NCBI GenBank assembly: GCA_964057225.1
Contig: OZ059900.1
Location: 12,834,001 to 12,898,000 of the forward strand
Direction of reading: 5' to 3'
Origin: Auanema rhodensis
Taxonomy: Eukaryota > Animalia > Nematoda
DNA length: 64,000 nt
Every line of letters starts with the position of its first letter. Within the stretch, counting starts at the first letter, position 1. A program made the position numbers and the translations under genes. Shown here in pieces: positions 12,201-26,149 of the stretch. The notes below the pieces were generated by a model. The model was not told where the DNA came from. It was given only the letters and a program-made list of their open reading frames with translations, and searched no databases.

Positions 12201-14239
12201 AACATAACTAATATAAAACAGAAACCAAATAGTCTATAGATATGAAACATACGTGACAGTTATCTGTTGAAGTTAATTAAGATTCTATTGTTAAGTTTAC
12301 TTCAAATTTTAGTTTACTTATCATAAATTAATTCAAGTAATCAGAAGAGATTCTGATTTATTTTCAAATTGATTCTTAGTTATCTTCTTAGTTACAATAC
12401 TCATTCGTTAAAACTATCAATATTTGATATATTATATATGTAATAGATATATATTCATCATAAACAATACTTTTTAACAAAATCTTTTCACAATTTATTA
12501 TTTTACAGAAATCAACAACAGAAAAGAAAAATAATTTAGTCTCAATAATAAGAGTTAAAACATAACTAATATAAAACAGAAACCAAATAGTCTATAGATA
12601 TGAAACATACGTGACAGTTATCTGTTGAAGTTAATTAGGATTCTATTGTTAAGTTTACTTCAAATTTTAGTTTACTTATCATAAATTAATTCAAGTAATC
12701 AGAAGAGATTCTGATTTAATTTCAAATTGATTCTTAGTTATCTTCTTAGTTACAATACTCATTCGTTAAAACTATCAATATTTAATATATTATATATGTA
12801 ATAGATATACATTCATCATAAACAATACTTTTTAACAAAATCTTTTCACAATTTATTATTTTACAGAAATCAACAACAGAAAAGAAAAATAATTTAGTCT
12901 CAATAATAAGAGTTAAAACATAACTAATATAAAACAGAAACCAAATAGTCTATAGATATGAAACATACGTGACAGTTATCTGTTGAAGTTAATTAGGATT
13001 CTATTGTTAAGTTTACTTCAAATTTTAGTTTACTTATCATAAATTAATTCAAGTAATCAGAAGAGATTCTGATTTATTTTCAAATTGATTCTTAGTTATC
13101 TTCTTAGTTACAATACTCATTCGTTAAAACTATCAATATTTGATATATTATATATGTAATAGATATATATTCATCATAAACAATACTTTTTAACAAAATC
13201 TTTTCACAATTTATTATTTTACAGAAATCAACAACAGAAAAGAAAAATAATTTAGTCTCAATAATAAGAGTTAAAACATAACTAATATAAAACAGAAACC
13301 AAATAGTCTATAGATATGAAACATACGTGACAGTTATCTGTTGAAGTTAATTAGGATTCTATTGTTAAGTTTACTTCAAATTTTAGTTTACTTATCATAA
13401 ATTAATTCAAGTAATCAGAAGAGATTCTGATTTATTTTCAAATTGATTCTTAGTTATCTTCTTAGTTACAATACTCATTCGTTAAAACTATCAATATTTG
13501 ATATATTATATATGTAATAGATATACATTCATCATAAACAATACTTTTTAACAAAATCTTTTCACAATTTATTATTTTACAGAAATCAACAACAGAAAAG
13601 AAAAATATTTTAGTCTCAATAATAAGAGTTAAAACATAACTAATATAAAACAGAAACCAAATAGTCTATAGATATGAAACATACGTGACAGTTATCTGTT
13701 GAAGTTAATTAAGATTCTATTGTTAAGTTTACTTCAAATTTAGGTTTTCTTATGATAAATTAATTCAAGTAATCAGAAGAGATTCTGATTTATTTTCAAA
13801 TTGATTCTTAGTTATCTTCTTAGTTACAATACTCATTCGTTAAAACTATCAATATTTGATATATTATATATGTAATAGATATACATTCATCATAAACAAT
13901 ACTTTTTAACAAAATCTTTTCACAATTTATTATTTTACAGAAATCAACAACAGAAAAGAAAAATAATTTAGTCTCAATAATAAGAGTTAAAACATAACTA
14001 ATATAAAACAGAAACCAAATAAGCTATAGATATGAAGCATACGTGACAGTTATCTGTTGAAGTTAATTAGGATTCTATTGTTAAGTTTACTTCAAATTTT
14101 AGTTTACTTATCATAAATTAATTCAAGTAATCAGAAGAGATTCTGATTTATTTTCAAATTGATTCTTAGTTATCTTCTTAGTTACAATACTCATTCGTTA
14201 AAACTATCAATATTTGATATATTATATATGTAATAGATA

Positions 14240-14256
14240 TACATTCTAACTGTCAC
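14240..14256. other. Convergent (tail-to-tail) orientation junction, +m284 | -m90
   Basis: ...TACATTC|TAACTGTCAC...; no inserted bases and no microhomology visible. Confidence 0.95.
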
Positions 14257-17200
14257 GTATGTTTCATATCTATAGACTATTTGGTTTCTGTTTTATATTA
14301 GTTATGTTTTAACTCTTATTATTGAGACTAAATTATTTTTCTTTTCTGTTGTTGATTTCTGTAAAATAATAAATTGTGAAAAGATTTTGTTAAAAAGTAT
14401 TGTTTATGATGAATGTATATCTATTACATATATAATATATCAAATATTGATAGTTTTAACGAATGAGTATTGTAACTAAGAAGATAACTAAGAATCAATT
14501 TGAAAATAAATCAGAATCTCTTCTGATTACTTGAATTAATTTATGATAAGTAAACTAAAATTTGAAGTAAACTTAACAATAGAATCTTAATTAACTTCAA
14601 CAGATAACTGTCACGTATGTTTCATATCTATAGACTATTTGGTTTCTGTTTTATATTAGTTATGTTTTAACTCTTATTATTGAGACTAAATTATTTTTCT
14701 TTTCTGTTGTTGATTTCTGTAAAATAATAAATTGTGAAAAGATTTTGTTAAAAAGTATTGTTTATGATGAATGTATATCTATTACATATATAATATATCA
14801 AATATTGATAGTTTTAACGAATGAGTATTGTAACTAAGAAGATAACTAAGAATCAATTTGAAAATAAATCAGAATCTCTTCTGATTACTTGAATTAATTT
14901 ATGATAAGTAAACTAAAATTTGAAGTAAACTTAACAATGGAATCCTAATTAACTTCAACAGATAACTGTCACGTATGTTTCATATCTATAGACTATTTGG
15001 TTTCTGTTTTATATTAGTTATGTTTTAACTCTTATTATTGAGACTAAATTATTTTTCTTTTCTGTTGTTGATTTCTGTAAAATAATAAATTGTGAAAAGA
15101 TTTTGTTAAAAAGTATTGTTTATGATGAATGTATATCTATTACATATATAATATATCAAATATTGATAGTTTTAACGAATGAGTATTGTAACTAAGAAGA
15201 TAACTAAGAATCAATTTGAAAATAAATCAGAATCTCTTCTGATTACTTGAATTAATTTATGATAAGTAAACTAAAATTTGAAGTAAACTTAACAATGGAA
15301 TCCTAATTAACTTCAACAGATAACTGTCACGTATGTTTCATATCTATAGACTATTTGGTTTCTGTTTTATATTAGTTATGTTTTAACTCTTATTATTGAG
15401 ACTAAATTATTTTTCTTTTCTGTTGTTGATTTCTGTAAAATAATAAATTGTGAAAAGATTTTGTTAAAAAGTATTGTTTATGATGAATGTATATCTATTA
15501 CATATATAATATATCAAATATTGATAGTTTTAACGAATGAGTATTGTAACTAAGAAGATAACTAAGAATCAATTTGAAAATAAATCAGAATCTCTTCTGA
15601 TTACTTGAATTAATTTATGATAAGTAAACTAAAATTTGAAGTAAACTTAACAATGGAATCCTAATTAACTTCAACAGATAACTGTCACGTATGTTTCATA
15701 TCTATAGACTATTTGGTTTCTGTTTTATATTAGTTATGTTTTAACTCTTATTATTGAGACTAAATTATTTTTCTTTTCTGTTGTTGATTTCTGTAAAATA
15801 ATAAATTGTGAAAAGATTTTGTTAAAAAGTATTGTTTATGATGAATGTATATCTATTACATATATAATATATCAAATATTGATAGTTTTAACGAATGAGT
15901 ATTGTAACTAAGAAGATAACTAAGAATCAATTTGAAAATAAATCAGAATCTCTTCTGATTACTTGAATTAATTTATGATAAGTAAACTAAAATTTGAAGT
16001 AAACTTAACAATGGAATCCTAATTAACTTCAACAGATAACTGTCACGTATGTTTCATATCTATAGACTATTTGGTTTCTGTTTTATATTAGTTATGTTTT
16101 AACTCTTATTATTGAGACTAAATTATTTTTCTTTTCTGTTGTTGATTTCTGTAAAATAATAAATTGTGAAAAGATTTTGTTAAAAAGTATTGTTTATGAT
16201 GAATGTATATCTATTACATATATAATATATTAAATATTGATAGTTTTAACGAATGAGTATTGTAACTAAGAAGATAACTAAGAATCAATTTGAAAATAAA
16301 TCAGAATCTCTTCTGATTACTTGAATTAATTTATGATAAGTAAACTAAAATTTGAAGTAAACTTAACAATAGAATCTTAATTAACTTCAACAGATAACTG
16401 TCACGTATGTTTCATATCTATAGACTATTTGGTTTCTGTTTTATATTAGTTATGTTTTAACTCTTATTATTGAGACTAAATTATTTTTCTTTTCTGTTGT
16501 TGCTTTCTGTAAAATAATAAATTGTGAAAAGATTTTGTTAAAAAGTATTGTTTATGATGAATGTATATCTATTACATATATAATATATCAAATATTGATA
16601 GTTTTAACGAATGAGTATTGTAACTAAGAAGATAACTAAGAATCAATTTGAAAATAAATCAGAATCTCTTCTGATTACTTGAATTAATTTATGATAAGTA
16701 AACTAAAATTTGAAGTAAACTTAACAATGGAATCCTAATTAACTTCAACAGATAACTGTCACGTATGTTTCATATCTATAGACTATTTGGTTTCTGTTTT
16801 ATATTAGTTATGTTTTAACTCTTATTATTGAGACTAAATTATTTTTCTTTTCTGTTGTTGATTTCTGTAAAATAATAAATTGTGAAAAGATTTTGTTAAA
16901 AAGTATTGTTTATGATGAATGTATATCTATTACATATATAATATATCAAATATTGATAGTTTTAACGAATGAGTATTGTAACTAAGAAGATAACGAAGAA
17001 TCAATTTGAAAATAAATCAGAATCTCTTCTGATTACTTGAATTAATTTATGATAAGTAAACTAAAATTTGAAGTAAACTTAACAATAGAATCTTAATTAA
17101 CTTCAACAGATAACTGTCACGTATGTTTCATATCTATAGACTATTTGGTTTCTGTTTTATATTAGTTATGTTTTAACTCTTATTATTGAGACTAAATTAT

Positions 17201-20200
17201 TTTTCTTTTCTGTTGTTGATTTCTGTAAAATAATAAATTGTGAAAAGATTTTGTTAAAAAGTATTGTTTATGATGAATGTATATCTATTACATATATAAT
17301 ATATCAAATATTGATAGTTTTAACGAATGAGTATTGTAACTAAGAAGATAACTAAGAATCAATTTGAAAATAAATCAGAATCTCTTCTGATTACTTGAAT
17401 TAATTTATGATAAGTAAACTAAAATTTGAAGTAAACTTAACAATGGAATCCTAATTAACTTCAACAGATAACTGTCACGTATGTTTCATATCTATAGACT
17501 ATTTGGTTTCTGTTTTATATTAGTTATGTTTTAACTCTTATTATTGAGACTAAATTATTTTTCTTTTCTGTTGTTGATTTCTGTAAAATAATAAATTGTG
17601 AAAAGATTTTGTTAAAAAGTATTGTTTATGATGAATGTATATCTATTACATATATAATATATCAAATATTGATAGTTTTAACGAATGAGTATTGTAACTA
17701 AGAAGATAACTAAGAATCTAATTGAAAATAAATCAGAATCTCTTCTGATTACTTGAATTAATTTATGATAAAAAAACTAAAATTTGAAGTAAACTTAACA
17801 ATAGAATCCTAATTAACTTCAACAGATAACTGTCACGTATGTTTCATATCTATAGACTATTTGGTTTCTGTTTTATATTAGTTATGTTTTAACTCTTATT
17901 ATTGAGACTAAATTATTTTTCTTTTCTGTTGTTGATTTCTGTAAAATAATAAATTGTGAAAAGATTTTGTTAAAAAGTATTGTTTATGATGAATATATAT
18001 CTATTACATATATAATATATCAAATATTGATAGTTTTAACGAATGAGTATTGTAACTAAGAAGATAACTAAGAATCAATTTGAAAATAAATCAGAATCTC
18101 TTCTGATTACTTGAATTAATTTATGATAAAAAAACTAAAATTTGAAGTAAACTTAACAATAGAATCCTAATTAACTTCAACAGATAACTGTCACGTATGT
18201 TTCATATCTATAGACTATTTGGTTTCTGTTTTATATTAGTTATGTTTTAACTCTTATTATTGAGACTAAATTATTTTTCTTTTCTGTTGTTGATTTCTGT
18301 AAAATAATAAATTGTGAAAAGATTTTGTTAAAAAGTATTGTTTATGATGAATATATATCTATTACATATATAATATATCAAATATTGATAGTTTTAACGA
18401 ATGAGTATTGTAACTAAGAAGATAACTAAGAATCAATTTGAAAATAAATCAGAATCTCTTCTGATTACTTGAATTAATTTATGATAAGTAAACTAAAATT
18501 TGAAGTAAACTTAACAATAGAATCCTAATTAACTTCAACAGATAACTGTCACGTATGTTTCATATCTATAGACTATTTGGTTTCTGTTTTATATTAGTTA
18601 TGTTTTAACTCTTATTATTGAGACTAAATTATTTTTCTTTTCTGTTGTTGATTTCTGTAAAATAATAAATTGTGAAAAGATTTTGTTAAAAAGTATTGTT
18701 TATGATGAATGTATATCTATTACATATATAATATATTAAATATTGATAGTTTTAACGAATGAGTATTGTAACTAAGAAGATAACTAAGAATCAATTTGAA
18801 AATAAATCAGAATCTCTTCTGATTACTTGAATTAATTTATGATAAGTAAACTAAAATTTGAAGTAAACTTAACAATAGAATCCTAATTAACTTCAACAGA
18901 TAACTGTCACGTATGTTTCATATCTATAGACTATTTGGTTTCTGTTTTATATTAGTTATGTTTTAACTCTTATTATTGAGACTAAATTATTTTTCTTTTC
19001 TGTTGTTGATTTCTGTAAAATAATAAATTGTGAAAAGATTTTGTTAAAAAGTATTGTTTATGATGAATGTATATCTATTACATATATAATATATCAAATA
19101 TTGATAGTTTTAACGAATGAGTATTGTAACTAAGAAGATAACTAAGAATCAATTTGAAAATAAATCAGAATCTCTTCTGATTACTTGAATTAATTTATGA
19201 TAAGTAAACTAAAATTTGAAGTAAACTTAACAATAGAATCCTAATTAACTTCAACAGATAACTGTCACGTATGTTTCATATCTATAGACTATTTGGTTTC
19301 TGTTTTATATTAGTTATGTTTTAACTCTTATTATTGAGACTAAATTATTTTTCTTTTCTGTTGTTGATTTCTGTAAAATAATATATTGTGAAAAGATTTT
19401 GTTGAAAAGTATTGTTTATGATGAATGTATATCTATTACATATATAATATATTAAATATTGATAGTTTTAACGAATGAGTATTGTAACTAAGAAGATAAC
19501 TAAGAATCAATTTGAAAATAAATCAGAATCTCTTCTGATTACTTGAATTAATTTATCATAAGAAAACCTAAAATTGAAATAAACCTAACAATAGAATCCT
19601 AATTAACTTCAACACATAACTGTCACGTATGTTTCATATCTATAGACTATTTGGTTTCTGTTTTATATTAGTTATGTTTTAACTCTTATTATTGAGACTA
19701 AATTATTTTTCTTTTCTGTTGTTGATTTCTGTAAAATAATAAATTGTGAAAAGATTTTGTTAAAAAGTATTGTTTATGATGAATGTATATCTATTACATA
19801 TATAATATATCAAATATTGATAGTTTTAACGAATGAGTATTGTAACTAAGAAGATAACTAAGAATCAATTTGAAAATAAATCAGAATCTCTTCTGATTAC
19901 TTGAATTAATTTATGATAAGTAAACTGAAATTTGAAGTAAACTTAACAATGGAATCCTAATTAACTTCAACAGATAACTGTCACGTATGTTTCATATCTA
20001 TAGACTATTTGGTTTCTGTTTTATATTAGTTATGTTTTAACTCTTATTATTGAGACTAAATTATTTTTCTTTTCTGTTGTTGATTTCTGTAAAATAATAA
20101 ATTGTGAAAAGATTTTGTTAAAAAGTATTGTTTATGATGAATGTATATCTATTACATATATAATATATTAAATATTGATAGTTTTAACGAATGAGTATTG

Positions 20201-20422
20201 TAACTAAGAAGATAACTAAGAATCAATTTGAAAATAAATCAGAATCTCTTCTGATTACTTGAATTAATTTATCATAAGAAAACCTAAATTTGAAATAAAC
20301 CTAACAATAGAATCCTAATTAACTTCAACACATAACTGTCACGTATGTTTCATATCTATAGACTATTTGGTTTCTGTTTTATATTAGTTATGTTTTAACT
20401 CTTATTATTGAGACTAAATTAT

Positions 20423-22570
20423 TTTTCTTTTCTGTTGTTGATTTCTGTAAAATAATAAATTGTGAAAAGATTTTGTTAAAAAGTATTGTTTATGATGAAT
20501 GTATATCTATTACATATATAATATATCAAATATTGATAGTTTTAACGAATGAGTATTGTAACTAAGAAGATAACTAAGAATCAATTTGAAAATAAATCAG
20601 AATCTCTTCTGATTACTTGAATTAATTTATGATAAGTAAACTAAAATTTGAAGTAAACTTAACAATAGAATCTTAATTAACTTCAACAGATAACTGTCAC
20701 GTATGTTTCATATCTATAGACTATTTGGTTTCTGTTTTATATTAGTTATGTTTTAACTCTTATTATTGAGACTAAATTATTTTTCTTTTCTGTTGTTGAT
20801 TTCTGTAAAATAATAAATTGTGAAAAGATTTTGTTAAAAAGTATTGTTTATGATGAATGTATATCTATTACATATATAATATATCAAATATTGATAGTTT
20901 TAACGAATGAGTATTGTAACTAAGAAGATAACTAAGAATCAATTTGAAAATAAATCAGAATCTCTTCTGATTACTTGAATTAATTTATGATAAGTAAACT
21001 AAAATTTGAAGTAAACTTAACAATAGAATCTTAATTAACTTCAACAGATAACTGTCACGTATGTTTCATATCTATAGACTATTTGGTTTCTGTTTTATAT
21101 TAGTTATGTTTTAACTCTTATTATTGAGACTAAATTATTTTTCTTTTCTGTTGTTGATTTCTGTAAAATAATAAATTGTGAAAAGATTTTGTTAAAAAGT
21201 ATTGTTTATGATGAATGTATATCTATTACATATATAATATATCAAATATTGATAGTTTTAACGAATGAGTATTGTAACTAAGAAGATAACTAAGAATCAA
21301 TTTGAAAATAAATCAGAATCTCTTCTGATTACTTGAATTAATTTATGATAAGTAAACTAAAATTTGAAGTAAACTTAACAATAGAATCTTAATTAACTTC
21401 AACAGATAACTGTCACGTATGTTTCATATCTATAGACTATTTGGTTTCTGTTTTATATTAGTTATGTTTTAACTCTTATTATTGAGACTAAATTATTTTT
21501 CTTTTCTGTTGTTGATTTCTGTAAAATAATAAATTGTGAAAAGATTTTGTTAAAAAGTATTGTTTATGATGAATGTATATCTATTACATATATAATATAT
21601 CAAATATTGATAGTTTTAACGAATGAGTATTGTAACTAAGAAGATAACTAAGAATCAATTTGAAAATAAATCAGAATCTCTTCTGATTACTTGAATTAAT
21701 TTATGATAAGTAAACTAAAATTTGAAGTAAACTTAACAATAGAATCTTAATTAACTTCAACAGATAACTGTCACGTATGTTTCATATCTATAGACTATTT
21801 GGTTTCTGTTTTATATTAGTTATGTTTTAACTCTTATTATTGAGACTAAATTATTTTTCTTTTCTGTTGTTGATTTCTGTAAAATAATAAATTGTGAAAA
21901 GATTTTGTTAAAAAGTATTGTTTATGATGAATGTATATCTATTACATATATAATATATCAAATATTGATAGTTTTAACGAATGAGTATTGTAACTAAGAA
22001 GATAACTAAGAATCAATTTGAAAATAAATCAGAATCTCTTCTGATTACTTGAATTAATTTATGATAAGTAAACTAAAATTTGAAGTAAACTTAACAATAG
22101 AATCTTAATTAACTTCAACAGATAACTGTCACGTATGTTTCATATCTATAGACTATTTGGTTTCTGTTTTATATTAGTTATGTTTTAACTCTTATTATTG
22201 AGACTAAATTATTTTTCTTTTCTGTTGTTGATTTCTGTAAAATAATAAATTGTGAAAAGATTTTGTTAAAAAGTATTGTTTATGATGAATGTATATCTAT
22301 TACATATATAATATATCAAATATTGATAGTTTTAACGAATGAGTATTGTAACTAAGAAGATAACTAAGAATCAATTTGAAAATAAATCAGAATCTCTTCT
22401 GATTACTTGAATTAATTTATGATAAGTAAACTAAAATTTGAAGTAAACTTAACAATAGAATCTTAATTAACTTCAACAGATAACTGTCACGTATGTTTCA
22501 TATCTATAGACTATTTGGTTTCTGTTTTATATTAGTTATGTTTTAACTCTTATTATTGAGACTAAATTAT
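20423..22570 (-). repeat. Run of 6 apparently identical monomers (haplotype B with m108 A)
   Basis: AACAATAGAATCTTAATT and GATAAGTAAACTAAAA in six consecutive units; no other variants seen. Confidence 0.8.
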
Positions 22571-25500
22571 TTTTCTTTTCTGTTGTTGATTTCTGTAAAA
22601 TAATAAATTGTGAAAAGATTTTGTTAAAAAGTATTGTTTATGATGAATGTATATCTATTACATATATAATATATCAAATATTGATAGTTTTAACGAATGA
22701 GTATTGTAACTAAGAAGATAACTAAGAATCAATTTGAAAATAAATCAGAATCTCTTCTGATTACTTGAATTAATTTATGATAAGTAAACTAAAATTTGAA
22801 GTAAACTTAACAATGGAATCCTAATTAACTTCAACAGATAACTGTCACGTATGTTTCATATCTATAGACTATTTGGTTTCTGTTTTATATTAGTTATGTT
22901 TTAACTCTTATTATTGAGACTAAATTATTTTTCTTTTCTGTTGTTGATTTCTGTAAAATAATAAATTGTGAAAAGATTTTGTTAAAAAGTATTGTTTATG
23001 ATGAATGTATATCTATTACATATATAATATATCAAATATTGATAGTTTTAACGAATGAGTATTGTAACTAAGAAGATAACTAAGAATCAATTTGAAAATA
23101 AATCAGAATCTCTTCTGATTACTTGAATTAATTTATGATAAGTAAACTAAAATTTGAAGTAAACTTAACAATAGAATCTTAATTAACTTCAACAGATAAC
23201 TGTCACGTATGTTTCATATCTATAGACTATTTGGTTTCTGTTTTATATTAGTTATGTTTTAACTCTTATTATTGAGACTAAATTATTTTTCTTTTCTGTT
23301 GTTGATTTCTGTAAAATAATAAATTGTGAAAAGATTTTGTTAAAAAGTATTGTTTATGATGAATGTATATCTATTACATATATAATATATCAAATATTGA
23401 TAGTTTTAACGAATGAGTATTGTAACTAAGAAGATAACTAAGAATCAATTTGAAAATAAATCAGAATCTCTTCTGATTACTTGAATTAATTTATGATAAG
23501 TAAACTAAAATTTGAAGTAAACTTAACAATGGAATCCTAATTAACTTCAACAGATAACTGTCACGTATGTTTCATATCTATAGACTATTTGGTTTCTGTT
23601 TTATATTAGTTATGTTTTAACTCTTATTATTGAGACTAAATTATTTTTCTTTTCTGTTGTTGATTTCTGTAAAATAATAAATTGTGAAAAGATTTTGTTA
23701 AAAAGTATTGTTTATGATGAATGTATATCTATTACATATATAATATATCAAATATTGATAGTTTTAACGAATGAGTATTGTAACTAAGAAGATAACTAAG
23801 AATCAATTTGAAAATAAATCAGAATCTCTTCTGATTACTTGAATTAATTTATGATAAGTAAACTAAAATTTGAAGTAAACTTAACAATGGAATCCTAATT
23901 AACTTCAACAGATAACTGTCACGTATGTTTCATATCTATAGACTATTTGGTTTCTGTTTTATATTAGTTATGTTTTAACTCTTATTATTGAGACTAAATT
24001 ATTTTTCTTTTCTGTTGTTGATTTCTGTAAAATAATAAATTGTGAAAAGATTTTGTTAAAAAGTATTGTTTATGATGAATGTATATCTATTACATATATA
24101 ATATATCAAATATTGATAGTTTTAACGAATGAGTATTGTAACTAAGAAGATAACTAAGAATCAATTTGAAAATAAATCAGAATCTCTTCTGATTACTTGA
24201 ATTAATTTATGATAAGTAAACTAAAATTTGAAGTAAACTTAACAATAGAATCTTAATTAACTTCAACAGATAACTGTCACGTATGTTTCATATCTATAGA
24301 CTATTTGGTTTCTGTTTTATATTAGTTATGTTTTAACTCTTATTATTGAGACTAAATTATTTTTCTTTTCTGTTGTTGATTTCTGTAAAATAATAAATTG
24401 TGAAAAGATTTTGTTAAAAAGTATTGTTTATGATGAATGTATATCTATTACATATATAATATATCAAATATTGATAGTTTTAACGAATGAGTATTGTAAC
24501 TAAGAAGATAACTAAGAATCAATTTGAAAATAAATCAGAATCTCTTCTGATTACTTGAATTAATTTATGATAAGTAAACTAAAATTTGAAGTAAACTTAA
24601 CAATAGAATCTTAATTAACTTCAACAGATAACTGTCACGTATGCTTCATATCTATAGCTTATTTGGTTTCTGTTTTATATTAGTTATGTTTTAACTCTTA
24701 TTATTGAGACTAAATTATTTTTCTTTTCTGTTGTTGATTTCTGTAAAATAATAAATTGTGAAAAGATTTTGTTAAAAAGTATTGTTTATGATGAATGTAT
24801 ATCTATTACATATATAATATATCAAATATTGATAGTTTTAACGAATGAGTATTGTAACTAAGAAGATAACTAAGAATCAATTTGAAAATAAATCAGAATC
24901 TCTTCTGATTACTTGAATTAATTTATGATAAGTAAACTAAAATTTGAAGTAAACTTAACAATAGAATCTTAATTAACTTCAACAGATAACTGTCACGTAT
25001 GTTTCATATCTATAGACTATTTGGTTTCTGTTTTATATTAGTTATGTTTTAACTCTTATTATTGAGACTAAATTATTTTTCTTTTCTGTTGTTGATTTCT
25101 GTAAAATAATAAATTGTGAAAAGATTTTGTTAAAAAGTATTGTTTATGATGAATGTATATCTATTACATATATAATATATCAAATATTGATAGTTTTAAC
25201 GAATGAGTATTGTAACTAAGAAGATAACTAAGAATCAATTTGAAAATAAATCAGAATCTCTTCTGATTACTTGAATTAATTTATGATAAGTAAACTAAAA
25301 TTTGAAGTAAACTTAACAATGGAATCCTAATTAACTTCAACAGATAACTGTCACGTATGTTTCATATCTATAGACTATTTGGTTTCTGTTTTATATTAGT
25401 TATGTTTTAACTCTTACTATTGAGACTAATTATTTTTCTTTTCTGTTGTTGATTTCTGTAAAATAATAAATTGTGAAAAGATTTTGTTAAAAAGTATTGT

Positions 25501-26149
25501 TTATGATGAATGTATATCTATTACATATATAATATATCAAATATTGGTAGTTTTAACGAATGAGTATTGTAACTAAGAAGATAACTAAGAATCAATTTGA
25601 AAATAAATCAGAATCTCTTCTGATTACTTGAATTAATTTATGATAAGTAAACTAAAATTTGAAGTAAACTTAACAATAGAATCTTAATTAACTTCAACAG
25701 ATAACTGACACGTATGTTTCATATCTATAGACTATTTGGTTTCTGTTTTATATTAGTTATGTTTTAACTCTTATTATTGAGACTAAATTATTTTTCTTTT
25801 CTGTTGTTGATTTCTGTAAAATAATAAATTGTGAAAAGATTTTGTTAAAAAGTATTGTTTATGATGAATGTATATCTATTACATATATAATATATCAAAT
25901 ATTGATAGTTTTAACGAATGAGTATTGTAACTAAGAAGATAACTAAGAATCAATTTGAAAATAAATCAGAATCTCTTCTGATTACTTGAATTAATTTATG
26001 ATAAGTAAACTAAAATTTGAAGTAAACTTAACAATAGAATCTTAATTAACTTCAACAGATAACTGTCACGTATGTTTCATATCTATAGACTATTTGGTTT
26101 CTGTTTTATATTAGTTATGTTTTAACTCTTATTATTGAGACTAAATTAT

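Larger units (their letters stand above)
1..14246 (+). repeat. Forward block 1: 39 full monomers plus m1-284
   Basis: Phase 1+358n is kept exactly to 13963, so there is no net indel. The block ends at ...GATATACATTC (14246). Confidence 0.97.
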
